A DNA stretch of 64,000 bases from positions 44,144,001-44,208,000 of the forward strand of contig NC_135811.1 in assembly GCF_964213995.1 (NCBI RefSeq). Reading direction: 5' to 3'. The notes below the pieces were generated by a model. That model made no database searches. It was given only the letters and a program-made list of their open reading frames with translations, and was not told the DNA's origin. The position numbers and the translations under genes are program-made. Numbering within the stretch: position 1 is the first letter of the stretch; every line of letters begins with the position of its first letter. This DNA comes from Mustelus asterias. Taxonomy: Eukaryota. Shown here piece by piece: positions 45,140 through 57,609 of the stretch.

Positions 45140-46870
45140 ATCTAACTACTCTGTATCGGTATTCACCAAGGCGAAGAACATGATGGATGCTGAGGTCAGT
45201 GATAGATGTGTGAACGCTCTGGAGAACGTCAATATATCGAAGGAGGAAGTGTTGAGTATCCTAAATTGCATTAAGGTAGACAAGTCCCTGGGGCTGGATG
45301 GGATCTGCGGTTGGCAAGGGAAGAAATAGCTGGGGCCTTAACAGATATCTTCACATCCTCTTTGACCACAGACAAGGTTCCAGAGGACTGGAGGATAGCC
45401 AATGTTGTTCCCATGTTTAAGAAAAGAAGCAGAGATAATCCAGGAAACTATAGGCCGGTGAGCTTGACATCAGTGGTGAAAAGCTTTTGGAGAAAATATT
45501 GAGGGACAGGATACATGCACATTTGGAGGAAAATGGACTAGTTAGTGACAGGCAGCATGGCTTTGTATGGGGAAGGTCATGCATGTATCACCAACTTGAT
45601 TAAGTTGTTTGAAGAGTTGACAAAGATAATTGATGAGGGAAGGGCTGTGGATGTAGCTTATGTAGACTTTAGTAAGAGGTTTGACAAGGTCCCACATGGC
45701 AGATTGGTACAAAAACTAAAATCACATGGGATTCAGGGTGGGCTGGCTATATGGATACAGAACTGGCTTGGGTATAGAACAGTCCACGCCGGCATCTCCA
45801 CATCTTGGGTATAGAAGACAGAGAGTAGTGGTGGAAGGGTGATTTTTCAGAATGGAGATCTGTAGCTAGTGGTGTTCTGCAGGGATCAGTGCTGGGACCT
45901 CTGTTGTTGTATATATAAATGATTTGGAGGAAAATGTGGGTGGTCTGAATAGTAAGTTTGGGGATGACATGAAGATTTGTGGAATTGCTGATAGTGCCGT
46001 GGATTGTCAGAGGATACAACAGGATAGATTGGAGACTTAGGCACAGAAATGGCAGATGGAGTTTAATCTGGACAAATGCGAGGTGTGTTTTGGAGGATTA
46101 AATTTAGGTGTGAATTACACTGTAAATGGCAGAACTCTTAGGAAAATTAACATACAGAGGGATCTGGGTGTGCAGGTCCACAATTCCCTAAACGTGGCAA
46201 CACAGGTAGCCAAGGTGATTAAGAAGGCATATGGCATGCTTACCTTCATCATCCAGGGCATTGAGTACAAGAGTTGGGAAATCATGTTGCAGCTATGTAA
46301 AACCTTGTTCAGGCCGCATTTGGAGTATTGTGTGCAGTTCTGGTCACCACACTACCAGAAGGACGTGGAAGCTTTGGAGAGAGCTCTGCAAAGAAGGTTC
46401 ACCAGGATGTTGCCTGGTCTCGAGGGTGTTGGCTATGAGGAGAGGTGGAATAAACTAGGATTGTTTTCACTGGAAAGACAGAGGCTGAGGGGAAACCTGA
46501 TAGAGGTTTACAAAATTATGGGAGGCATAGACAGGGTGGATAGTCAGAGGCTTTTTCCCAGGGTTGAAGAGTTGATTACAAGTGGGCACAGGTTCAAGGT
46601 GAGAGGAGGAAAGTTTAAGGGAGATGTGCGAGGGAAGATTTTCACACAGAGCGGAGTGGATGCCTGGAACGCACTGCCAGAGGAGGTGGTGGAAGCAGGC
46701 ACATTAGCAACATTTAAAGGCATCTAGATGGGTACATGAATAGGGAGAGAATAGAGAGATATGGACTGAGTAAGGGCAGGGTTTTTTTTTAGTTCAGTTC
46801 GGGCATCATGATCGGCACAGGCTTGGAGGGTCGTAGGGCCTGTTCCTGTGCTGTACTTTTCTTTGTTCTT
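45140..46870 (+). mobile_element. CR1/HER1 LINE, 5'-truncated, RT domain frameshifted
   Basis: PEDWRIANVVP.FKK..NPGNYRPVSLTSVV; DFSKRFDKVPH; RPHLEYCVQFWSP. Confidence 0.9.
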
Positions 46871-48446
46871 TAACTATAGACTGTCCCTCCTGAGGTTGTG
46901 AGTTGTGCTGGGCCGCATTCTCCAACCTCGCCTGCAGCTGGGATTCTCCAGCCCCGCTGCTGTGAATGGAGACGTGGCTAAGTAAGAAATTCTCCATTTT
47001 TGCTGGCAGGGCGTGAACGGCCGGAGAATTCCAGCCAGTAACTTGAACACAAAACCAGAATACCTGAGGACCTGTCGATAACAATGGTTTCCTTTTAATT
47101 CTGTCAGTAAGAGTTTCTGTTATGCTGAGAATTTTGCCATTACAATTACCATTGCTATTATAACTATTTATATAGAATCACAGAATCATACAGTGTACAA
47201 GGAGGCCATTCAGCCCATCGAGCCTGCACCGACTACAATCCCACCCGGGCCCTATCCCCATAACCCCATGCATTTACCCCCTGACACTAAGGGACAATTT
47301 AGCATGGCCAATGCACCTAACCCGCACATCTTTGGATATGTATATATGTGTAATATGTATGTATGTATTGTAATATACATTGCAGTTTTATGTTATTTAC
47401 ATCAGTTTATTTTCCTTTGGGGATGACATATGACAATATCAGAAAGCCCGCAATTTTATTCAAATATTGACTCACTTGGTCTGATTTTTAACTCTTTGCA
47501 AGTGGAAGGATTTTGAGGAAGTTAAAATTTTCCCCACTCAAGATGAAAAGCAGGCTGTCAAAGACTTTACAGTCCCCAGTAAATGGCATTCTCACCTTAA
47601 ATAATGGAGTGTGATTTAGTTTGGTGAGGATATTATTCTCGTTTAACACAACAGCTGTATCATCTAATCTATTGTCATCTACTGCAAAATGTGTAAAGCG
47701 CATTTGGAAGGCTACAAGTTTAGAGAGGGATTCAGCAATTTGAAGATTTTATCACCATATTAATTCAGAGAGAACATGCAGATTCCCCAAAGGGAGGACA
47801 GGGGGTGGAGGTGGGTGGGGGGGTGGAGGTGGGTGGGTGGGTGGGTGGGGTGGGGGGATGATGGATTCGCTCACATCACTGAGACCACCTCAACCCTGAC
47901 CCAGTTTCCCAGGTTGAGATCATTTTAAAAGCAGGATTTAAAGCATCGAGGGGGAGCCCACCAGTACAATGGAGGAAAATCACAGCAGTGCGTACACCAT
48001 TGAATTACCCAAATTCATAGCATCCCCACAGTGCAGAAGGAGGCCATTTGGCCCACCAAGGCTGCACAGACTGTCTGACAGAGTATCTTATCAAGCTGTC
48101 TCCCCCACCCTAACCTACACATTTTTGGACTTTGGGAAGAAACCGGAGCACCCGGAAGAAACCCACGCAAACATGAGGAGAATGTGCAAACGCCACAAAC
48201 CCAAGGCTGGAATTGAACCCAGATCCCTGGCACTGTGAGGCAGCAGTGCTAAGAGGCAACAAAGGACACTGAGGACAAAATAAAGAATTTAGTTGGAGGC
48301 CTTTAATGATTCCAAGGCTGCGCAGATGAAGCTTTGGGACAGAGGAGGAATGAGTAGAGACCTCTCTACTAGGCCCTCTTTTCTCATCAGAATACTTCTG
48401 GAGCCTCCTTGCTAATATCCCAGCCTAATCCCACCTTCTGCTAGGC

Positions 48447-48754
48447 CAGTGGTTCCCAAACTTTTTTCACCGGGCCGCACTTTCTGAATAAAAATTTGCT
48501 CGCGCCACACCGAATCTTTTATTGATAAGAAATACATTTAAAAACAAAAAAAAAACAACTCCGAGCAGTGCTTGATTCATAACATAGAAGACAACTACTT
48601 TATAATATGATCATGGGACATCCAGAAAGTATAAAACAATGCTTGTTTAAACCATGTTTAAATGTTTCTTTGATTGTCCTTGAATCTTCCCGCCACACTT
48701 GCCATCCTCTCTCGCCGTCCCAGTGTGGCGCGCCGCACCCTTTGGGAACCACTG
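48447..48754. mobile_element. hAT (Charlie-like) non-autonomous DNA transposon, 308 bp
   Basis: TIR CAGTGGTTCCCAAA/TTTGGGAACCACTG; 8-bp TSD TGCTAGGC/TGCTCGGC. Confidence 0.85.
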
Positions 48755-48904
48755 TGCTCGGCAGTCCTGTCGAGCTACAGTAACCAGGGTAGATAACAGG
48801 GAAATAGGTTTGGGACTGACCTCTACGTGTAATGGGCCAGAAGGAAAGGATTGGTCAGCAATAGGGGCTAGACAGGGTAGAGGCAGAGAGATTCTTTCCA
48901 CTTA

Positions 48905-49850
48905 GAAAGGAAACAAGAACTAGAGGACACAGCCTCAAAATAAGGGGGAGTCAGTTTAGAACATAGAACAGTATAGCACAGAACAGGCCCTTCAGCCCAC
49001 GGTGTTGTGCCGAGCTTTATCTGAAACCAAGATCAAGCTATCCCACTCTCTATCATCCTGGTGTGCTCCATGTGCCTATCCAATAACCGCTTAAATGTTC
49101 CTAAAGTGTCTGACTCCACTATCACTGCAGGCAGTCCATTCCACACCCCAACCACTCTCTGCGTAAAGAACCTACCTCTGATATCCTTCCTATATCTCCC
49201 ACCATGAACCCTATAGTTATGCCCCCTTGTAATAGCTCCATCCACCCGAGGAAATAGTCTTTGAACGTTCACTCTATCTATCCCCTTCATCATTTTATAA
49301 ACCTCTATTAAGTCTCCCCTCAGCCTCCTCCGCTCCAGAGAGAACAGCCCTAGCTCCCTCAACCTTTCCTCATAAGACCTACCCTCCAAACCAGGCAGCA
49401 TCCTGGTAAATCTCCTCTGCACTCTTTCCAGCGCTTCCCCACCCTTCTTATAGTGAGGTGACCAGAACTGCACACAATATTCCAAATGTGGTCTCACCAA
49501 GGTCCTGTACAGTTGCAGCATAACCCCACGGCTCTCAAACTCCAACCCCCTGTTAATAAAAGCTAAAGGACGGAGTTGACAGTTTAGGACAGAGTTGAGG
49601 AGGAACTTCTTCTCTCAGAGGGTAGTGAATCTCTGGAATTCTCTGCCCATTGAAGCAGTGGAGGCTACCTCGTTAAATATGTTTAAGTCACAGGTAGATA
49701 GATTTCTGATCAATAAGGGAATTAAGGGTTATGGTGAGCGGGCGGGTAAGTGGAACTAAACCACTATCAGATCAGCCATGATCTTATTGAATGGCGGGGC
49801 AGTCTCGAGGGGCTAGATGGCCTACTCCTGCTCCTATTTCTTATGTTCTT
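48905..49850. mobile_element. CR1 3' end (+) interrupted by a younger CR1 (~48961-49562, -)
   Basis: ORF 49033-49545 is an open CR1 ORF2 C-terminus; CAGTTTAG repeated on both sides of the insert. Confidence 0.85.
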
Positions 49851-50112
49851 ATGTTTAATAATCCTAGCCAAGGAAAGTGAAGTCAGGTGTTGGGAAGTCT
49901 CATTGCAATTCTGGGCAGGATCAGGAAGGAAAGCCCAACCCAACATATCCTCAATGCCCCACAAATTTCATTACATGAATGCATATCCCAAACTGTTTTG
50001 AACTACTTTACATTTGTTTTATAATGTAATGTATTCCCCCATGGAGCATGGAAGTAATGAGAAAATCAAGGTAAACAGGATAAGAGTGCGTATTTTGATT
50101 ATTATGTTATTA

Positions 50113-50292
<180 letters not shown>

Positions 50293-51436
50293 TTATATTA
50301 ACTGGATACAGTTACTCTGCCATGGGTTGTCGCTTTGGCGCATATTCATTGCTCTTGTTTTGACATTGCATCCGACAAGTAAATTCAAAATATTATGGGG
50401 GGACAAAGTGGTGTGAATAAAAGTGCAATATTTTTCTGATAGGATTTTACTAACTCGAAAAAAAAGCAGAGATCCTTTCTGTGTGTGGCTGAACTATTCA
50501 GTTCAGCAAGACAATATTACCTATTCAATACACCAGAAGTCTATATCACATGGTCCTCCCCACCTCTGTACCAAGTCTTCCACAAAAGAATGTGTATTCA
50601 TCATCTGGAATTCAGCTAGGGTTCAAAGACTGCTGAACCTCCCAGTCTTTATGAGTTGAAAGGAAGCTTGGAAGAGCCTTTATCTTAGCAGATGCTCGCT
50701 CTTCTGCTGGGTTATCCAATGCAAGTGGCCCCTTGTATAGCTCGCTTTGAAGTCAGGCTGTGCAGTCCCCAGGGGATTGTTATTGGCTCCTCAGAGATAA
50801 CGAGGTGTGAGTTTTCCCAAAGCAGCAAAAGGGCTTCCTTTGTTCTGGGATCACAGACATACATGGGTTCAACCATCTTAATGATTTTGTTCAACCAAAG
50901 TCTAGTTTGAACCTCACAAGTTGCAATGAGTATATATGTGTATGTGTTTTATAAAAATGTACAGTGTGAGGTCTTAGTCTATCCCAGTCCTCAAGTGTCC
51001 TCCTGGCTTTAGGGGGGGGCGGGCAGGGGGGAATGAGTTGTATTTCATTTTTTTCGTGTGGCTTTAAGAAAGAAAAATATGAAGTAAAGGAGTAAGCAAT
51101 CATTTGCTCCTTCACACTGACAAGTCAAACACACAGCTAAAAGGAGAAATAGCAGTTACTTGCTGCAGATTTAAATCTGGGTTAGTGCATCAGCAAGGAC
51201 ACTGTCCTTTCCTAAGACCTGGAATGTTTAGATGACCTGGGAAGATTCAAAATGTCTTTCAGGGAAGTCTATGCAGGGTTAGAGTCTTGAATCTTCTCTG
51301 TTAGGGATTGGGAGTTAGCAAAGCCATTGTTTTCCGAGGTTCGTACTTGTCCAAATCCTGATCATGTATCTTCTAACGGTCTGGGGGTTTTACAAGGTGG
51401 CTATCTGCATGAAGTTCTGGGTTTCTCTATGAGCAC

Positions 51437-51703
51437 AGTAAGAAGTCTCACAACACCAGGTTAAAGTCCAACAGGTTTATTTGGTAGCAAATACCATAAG
51501 CGTTCGGAGCACTGCTCCTTCGTCAGATGGAGTGGAAATCTGGAGTGAAAACCCAGATTTCCACTCCATCTGACGAAGGAGCAGTGCTCCGAAAGCTTAT
51601 GGTATTTGCTACCAAATAAACCTGTTGGACTTTAACCTGGTGTTGTGAGACTTCTTACTGTGTTCACCCCAGTCCAACGCCGGCATCTCCACATCATGAC
51701 TAC
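51437..51703. mobile_element. Palindromic Penelope-like element end, 15-bp TSD TTTCTCTATGAGCAC
   Basis: ~110-bp inverted arms; TSD at 51422-51436 and 51704-51718. Confidence 0.85.
51566..51602 (+). ncRNA. Minimal type I hammerhead ribozyme motif
   Basis: CCAT-CTGACGA-a-GGAGC-agt-GCTCC-GAAA-G-CTT-ATGG; the mirror copy on minus has GAAC instead of GAAA. Confidence 0.7.
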
Positions 51704-52189
51704 TTTCTCTATGAGCACCAGGTCTCTTGATCAAAGGGCGAAGCTGCTTTTGTTCAGCTCAGTCCCTTCCTGTCCAGTTCAGTAACCTGTGGATTCAGTT
51801 TCTCTGACCCAGGATCCTGACTGTGGCTGGGCTGGGTTTTAGGAGATTGGGGTTCTTTAGTGGGACTTTGGCCTCTTCACAGCTGTTGGGCACTAGGGGT
51901 TGGCACTGCAAGAGGCAGGTAATCTTCTGAATGTGGGCCAAGCTTTTGGGGCCCAGATGACAGGAAGACTCCCTTATGGAAGGTGTCTCTCATGTGTCCA
52001 TACCCAGTGGGGGTACACTGCTACTGGTGGGCTGGTCTGGGTCATTTTGAATGCAGTGCGCAGCTCTGCCAGATTGCCTTGTGTTTCTGCATCAAGGTAG
52101 GTGGGTATGGATCTCTAGTTGGATCTCTCTGCTGGTCAGTTGCATAGTAGATTGCATGTCTTTTGGAACACCTTTTGGAAAGGTCTTTT

Positions 52190-52500
52190 GGGATGGCATG
52201 GTGGCACAGTGGTTAGCACTGCTGCCTCACAGCGCCAGGGACCTAGGTTCGATTCCGGCCTCGGGCCACTTAACCTGTGGAGTTTGTACATTCTATCCAT
52301 GTCTGCATGTGTTTTCTCTGGGTGCTCCGGTTTCCTCCCACACTCCAAAGGTGTGTGGGTTAGATGGATTGGCCATGGTAAATTGTCAGGGGAACCAGGA
52401 GGGTAATTACATGGGGTTCGGATAGGGCTTGGGTGGAATTGTGGTTGGTGCAGTCTCGATGGGCCAAATGGCCTCCTTCTGCACTGTAGGCATCCTATGG
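52190..52500 (+). mobile_element. HE1 SINE
   Basis: A/B boxes, core, tail. Confidence 0.85.
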
Positions 52501-52945
52501 CTACTACCCTCCGGTGAAGAATCAGCTCTCGATGTATCTCCCCATGGCTTTTCATCTAAGAGCAGCATTGCCTCCATCTTTTCTGGGCCTATCTGGGAAA
52601 TTTCCTGGTTCACATTTAAATTTCCCATAAAGCTGTTGGCCAAACGAAGCCAAACTGAGGCCTTTGGCTTTGGTTCTCCCAACTTGTTCGGTGTTCCCTG
52701 GAACACTTCTGCCCTCAAGTGGAGGTCTAGCTCCGGCCATGGTCTGCACACCTAACCATTACACACCCTTTCCGTTCCACACTGTGTTGAATGCATACTC
52801 ATTATTCCATCATGCATTTCCATGGAAGTCAGCAGTAAGCTGGCAACAGACAACTTTTCAAAATTTAAAATTTCCCCACAAAATCTCTGCACAGACCTTA
52901 CACCGATTGGACATGAATGTAATGTCACCGAGTGTAGCTGCTTAC

Positions 52946-53017
52946 CTTTCTCGCTTTGTATTTCTCATCGCATAACAAACTCTCCACTTTAGAGCAAACC
53001 CCATCTTCGAGAATCTC
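52946..53017 (-). CDS. DNTT: DNTT coding exon (72 nt; equivalent to human exon 5)
   Basis: EILEDGVCSKVESLLCDEKYKARK; acceptor ttttcacacag, donor gtaagc; phase 0 to 0. Confidence 0.93.
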
Positions 53018-53214
53018 CTGTGTGAAAACATGAAATAGATTTCAACATGTAGCAAAGCTATAAAATCTTGTTGTTAATTATGCACGTTTCCATTTTTGCC
53101 CACATTTTAATAACTTGGCCCATTTGTAAATTTACCAGAGACAGTGTCTGTGAGAGAGGGATATAACGGAGGAATTAAAGGTTCAGAGAAAGAAGTGGGA
53201 AGTTATGCTTATAC

Positions 53215-54800
53215 ACTACCTCATGTCTCGCAAATTTGATTGAGTTTTTTGAAGGGGTAACCAAGAAACAGAAACAGAAACAGAAACCCTACAGTGCAGA
53301 AGGAGGCCATTCGTCCCATCGAGTCTGCACCGACCACAATCCCACCCAGGCCCTACCCCCACATATTTACCCACTAATCCCACTAACCTACGCATCACAG
53401 GACTCTAAGGGGCAATTTTTAACCTGGCCAATCAACCTAACCCGCACATCTTTGGACTGTGGGAGGAAACCGGAGCACCCGGAGGAAACCCATGCAGACA
53501 CGAGGAGAATGTGCAAACTCCACACAGACAGTGACCCGAGCCGGGAATCGAACCCGGGACCCTGGAGCTGTGAAGCAGCAGTGCTAACCACTGTGGGCAG
53601 TGCAGTTGATGTTGTCTACATGGACTTTAGCAAGGCCTTTGACAAGGTACCGCATGGTAGGTTGTTGCATAAAGTTAAATCTCACGGGATCCAGGGTGAG
53701 GTATCTAAATGGACACAAAATTGGCTTCTTGACAGAAGCCAGAGGGTGGTTGTAGAGAGTTGTTTCTCAAACTGGAGGCCTGTGACCAGCGGTGTGCCTC
53801 AGGGATCAGTGCTGGGCCCACTGTTATTTGTCATTTATATCAATGATTTGGATGAGAATATAGGGTTAGTAAGTTTGCAGATGACACCAAGATTGGTGAC
53901 ATAGTGGACAGTGAAGAAAGTTATCTCCAATTGCAATGGGATCTTGATCAATTGGGCCAGTGGGCAGACGAATGGCAGGTGGATTTTAATTTAGACAAAT
54001 GCGAGGTGATGCACTTTGGTAGATTGAACCAGGGCAGGACTTACTCAGTTAATGGTAGGGCAATGGGGAGAGTTACAGCACAAAGAGATCTAGGGGTACA
54101 TGTTCATAGCTCCTTGAAAGTGGAGTCACAGGTGGACAGAGTGGTGAAGAAGGCATTCAGCATGCTTGGTTTCATTGGTCAGAACATTGAATACAGGAGT
54201 TGGGACGTCTTGTTGAAGTTGTACAAGACATTGATAAGGCCACACTTGGAATACTGTGTGCAATTCTGGTCACCCTATTATAGAAAGGATATTATTAAAC
54301 TAGAAAGAGTGCAGAAAAGATTTACTAGAATGCTACTGGGACTTGAGGGATTGAGTTATAAGGAGAGGCTGGGTAGACTGGGACTTTGTTCTCTGGAGCA
54401 TAGGAGGCTGAGGGGTGACTTATAGAGGTCTATAAAATAATGAGGGGAATAGACAAGGTAAATAGTCAATATCTTTTCCCAAAGGTAGGGGAGTCTAAAA
54501 CTAGAGGGCATAGGTTTAAGGTGAGAGGGGAGAGATACAAAAGTGTCCAGAGGGACAATTTTTTCACAGAGGGTGGTGAGTGTCTGGAACAAGCTGCCAG
54601 AGGTAGTAGTAGAGGCGGGTATAATTTTATCTTTTAAAAAGCATTTAGATAGTTACATGGGTACGATGAGTATAGAGGGATATGGGCCAAATGCGGGCAA
54701 TTGGGATTAGCTTAGGGGGTTTCAAAAAAAAAGGGGCAGCATGGACAGGTTGGGCTGAGGGGCCTGTTTCCATGCTGTAAACCTCTATGACTCTATGTGA
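53215..54800 (+). mobile_element. CR1/HER1 LINE with a young HE1 SINE (~53266-53595, -) inserted
   Basis: [45 protein letters not shown]; the HE1 is nearly identical to the copy at ~16965-17318. Confidence 0.9.
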
Positions 54801-55056
54801 ATTCCAAAAGAACCATGCACCGTACTAAGGATTACAAAAGCAAGACAGGCAGATGGAGTTAAGCAAGATGTTGACCATCATCTAATTAAAGGGAGGAACA
54901 GGCTGGTGGGACCTATTCCTGTCTCCATATTCCACCATTGCAACTTCAGCGGAAATCCTGATTACCCTTTTATCCCACTGAACCTCTGCCAAAACTACAG
55001 CATTGAAGCCCTGAGGAAATTCCGGCATTGTTTTTTCCTGCATAGCATGTTTCCCA

Positions 55057-55290
55057 ATCATAGAATCCCTACTGTGCAGAAGGAGGTCATTGGGCCCATC
55101 GAGCTTGCACCAACAATCCTACCCAGGCCCTATCCCCATAACCCTACGTATTTACCCTGACAATCCCCCTGACACTAAGGGACAATTTAGCATGACCAAT
55201 CAACCTAACCCGCACATCTTTGGACTGTGGGAGGAAACCAGAGCAGATGAAGGAAACCCATGCAGACACGGGAAGAACATGCAAGCTCCA
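55057..55290 (-). mobile_element. HE1 SINE, 5'-truncated
   Basis: Core and tail. Confidence 0.75.
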
Positions 55291-55458
55291 TCTAGGCATG
55301 GAAGGAGAAATGCATGTTAACAAGGGAAATATAAGATTAGTCAAAAATCCAGTCATCACCGTTGATGCATTTAACTTTAAGAAATGCATATTAACCAATA
55401 GTTATTCCTGCAGAAATGACTGCCATCAATTTGGAATATCTTTCTCCCAGTATTGTAC

Positions 55459-55629
55459 CTCAATTATGGCTCTTGTCTCGTCTCCGAAACAGGGTAGTCC
55501 ATCCAGATTTCCCATTCTGCTTATTGTGTAAGGAAGGGATTTTAACACTGCTATCGCTCTTGAAAATGTCACAAAGGCGCCTTCATTCTCATTGAACTCA
55601 AAGTTTTCCGCCAAAATGTCCAATGCATC
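55459..55629 (-). CDS. DNTT: DNTT coding exon (171 nt; equivalent to human exon 4, 8-kDa domain)
   Basis: DALDILAENFEFNENEGAFVTFSRAIAVLKSLPYTISRMGNLDGLPCFGDETRAIIE; acceptor ttttctccgcag, donor gtacaa; AEN.EF.ENE is TdT-like rather than Pol mu-like. Confidence 0.95.
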
Positions 55630-55774
55630 CTGCGGAGAAAATAGCAAGACTTAGAACATTAGCAATGCTACTATGCAAAGTATGAAATCAAAGAGATTAT
55701 ACGCAGTGTATTATCAACCAGTACCAGTATGTTGAAGTCTGCGGACATCGATTTCTGTTGGAATCTATCATTTT

Positions 55775-56072
55775 GGGTGGCATGGTGGCACAGCTGTTAG
55801 CATTGCTGCCTCACAGCATCAGGGACTCAGGCCTCAGGTGACTGTCTGTGTGGAGTCTCCATGTTCTCCCCGTGTCTGTGGGGGTTTCCTCAGGGTGAAC
55901 CTCCCACAATCCAAAGATGTACAGGTGAGGTGGATTAGCCATGGCAAATGCACGGGGTTATGGGGATAGGGCAGGGGAGTGGGCCTGGGTAAGATGCTCT
56001 TTCGGAGAGTCAAAGCAGATTTGATGGGCTGAATGGCCTCCCTCTGCACTATAGGGATTCGACAGTTCTATG
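55775..56072 (+). mobile_element. HE1 SINE
   Basis: A box, core, tail. Confidence 0.75.
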
Positions 56073-56374
56073 ATTTTCTTCAAAACAATTTGTGCTTTTG
56101 AGTTAAGGAATTGGGCTCATTGGCCCTCATTTTCTGTTTGGGTGCTACAACTTTCCTTAGGGCTGCAAAATGGTGGCTGGGATTCTCCAATCTCGCACGC
56201 TCACCATCCCTGCCAGCGAGAACGGAGAATTTGGCATTCAGCCAAAACTCTAATCTCTGTAGCAGGACTGGAGAATCCCAGCCGCGGGTGAGGTCAGAGA
56301 ATTCCGGCCGGTGTCTGTGGCGTGTGCACACACTTCTCAGGCAAACTATACTGGATGCCACATTGGTGATGGTG

Positions 56375-56677
56375 TTATTTTACTTATTTTATTTATTAGT
56401 GTCACAAGTAGGCTTACATTAACACTGCAATGAAGTTACTGTGAAAATCCCCTACACTCCGGCACCTGTTCGGGTACACTGAGGGAGAATTTACCATGGC
56501 CAATGCACCCAACCAGCACATCTTTTGGACTGTGGGAGGAAACCGGGGCATCCGGGAGAAACCCACTCAGACACGGGGAGAACGTGCAAATTCCACACAG
56601 ACAGTGACCCAAGCCGGAAATCGAACCCGAGTCCTGGCACTGTGAGGCAGCAATGCTAACCACTCTGCCACCATGCC
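56375..56677 (-). mobile_element. HE1-related SINE with alternative tail
   Basis: tRNA head and core, plus the tail seen at 520-732. Confidence 0.75.
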
Positions 56678-57290
56678 ACTCTCACACTGTGAACACTCAT
56701 TGGAAATATACAGAGTAGGCAGATCATGACATTAAACAACATGCAATGCTGACTTTTAATGGTCATATTGGAACTCACTGCTTCAGCTAACACCCTCTCT
56801 TACCATCACACAGCTGGACATGCATTCACAGCAGAAATGACACCCCCTCCCCCCTTCACAATATCATTATTTAAAGGAATCATCAACTACTTACAGATTC
56901 CTTGCTGGTTGATTTTCCCTGGCTGTTGCTTTGATTCTATAAATGTTTGGTGCTTTATCTAGTTAAAGTTGAAACAGCTTAGAGGGAATGGTGTGGCAGG
57001 TATTGAAAGAATTTTGGCTGCCTTCAAGGCTCCTGCTCAAATCAGTTGCCCCCGGACATGGGTGAACCCTTGGAATACATCGTGACACGGAGAACAAAGA
57101 GAGGAGAAATTCTGCTGGAAAAGGAATGAGAAAGAGAGGGAAGAAGCACGCTCAACAGGAGACCATATCCACCCTGGGTTTTTCGGGAGCTGTTTTCCTA
57201 TCTGAGTCTCAGTAAGGAACAACGGTTGATAGAGATTGTGGGTGTGTGGTAAGGGAATGTGGTCATTTGAACAGCCCGGGATTAGTGGTC

Positions 57291-57398
57291 TCGTTGGTAG
57301 GATATGGCATATGTGGTATCGTTGGTAGGATATGGCATACATGATGTCATTGGTAGGATATGGCATACGTGATGTCATTGGTAGGATATGGCATACGT
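57291..57398. repeat. 28-nt minisatellite TC(G/A)TTGGTAGGATATGGCATA(C/T)..., ~3.9 copies
   Basis: Directly visible. Confidence 0.9.
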
Positions 57399-57609
57399 AT
57401 TCTGGGCTATACGATTCTTTGTAATAATTTTTTGTGAAACTATTATGTGCATTAAAAGTTGTTGCAAATATTTAATTTGTTTAATGGCTAAAAGAAACTG
57501 TCAAAAAACATAGTGTTCACACAGGACTTAATAGATATCATTTTCTGATTCCACACTTGCCAAAGTCAAACCTGCTCACTGACAGGACACAGTGACAACA
57601 GTAACAGCA

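Noticed and set aside
47800-47858. G-rich tracts here and at ~24255-24300 and ~43430-43470 as functional G4 elements
   Set aside because: Simple low-complexity repeats with no supporting context.
53236-53904. 222-aa ORF as a novel chimeric protein
   Set aside because: Chance read-through of an antisense HE1 inserted in CR1 RT sequence.
55426-55647. Treating the 73-aa ORF as a standalone gene or as POLM
   Set aside because: It is one spliced exon (55459-55629) read through its flanks, and its residues fit TdT better than Pol mu.
57291-57398. CRISPR-like array (28-nt repeats)
   Set aside because: Units are contiguous with no unique spacers, there are no cas genes, and the context is eukaryotic.
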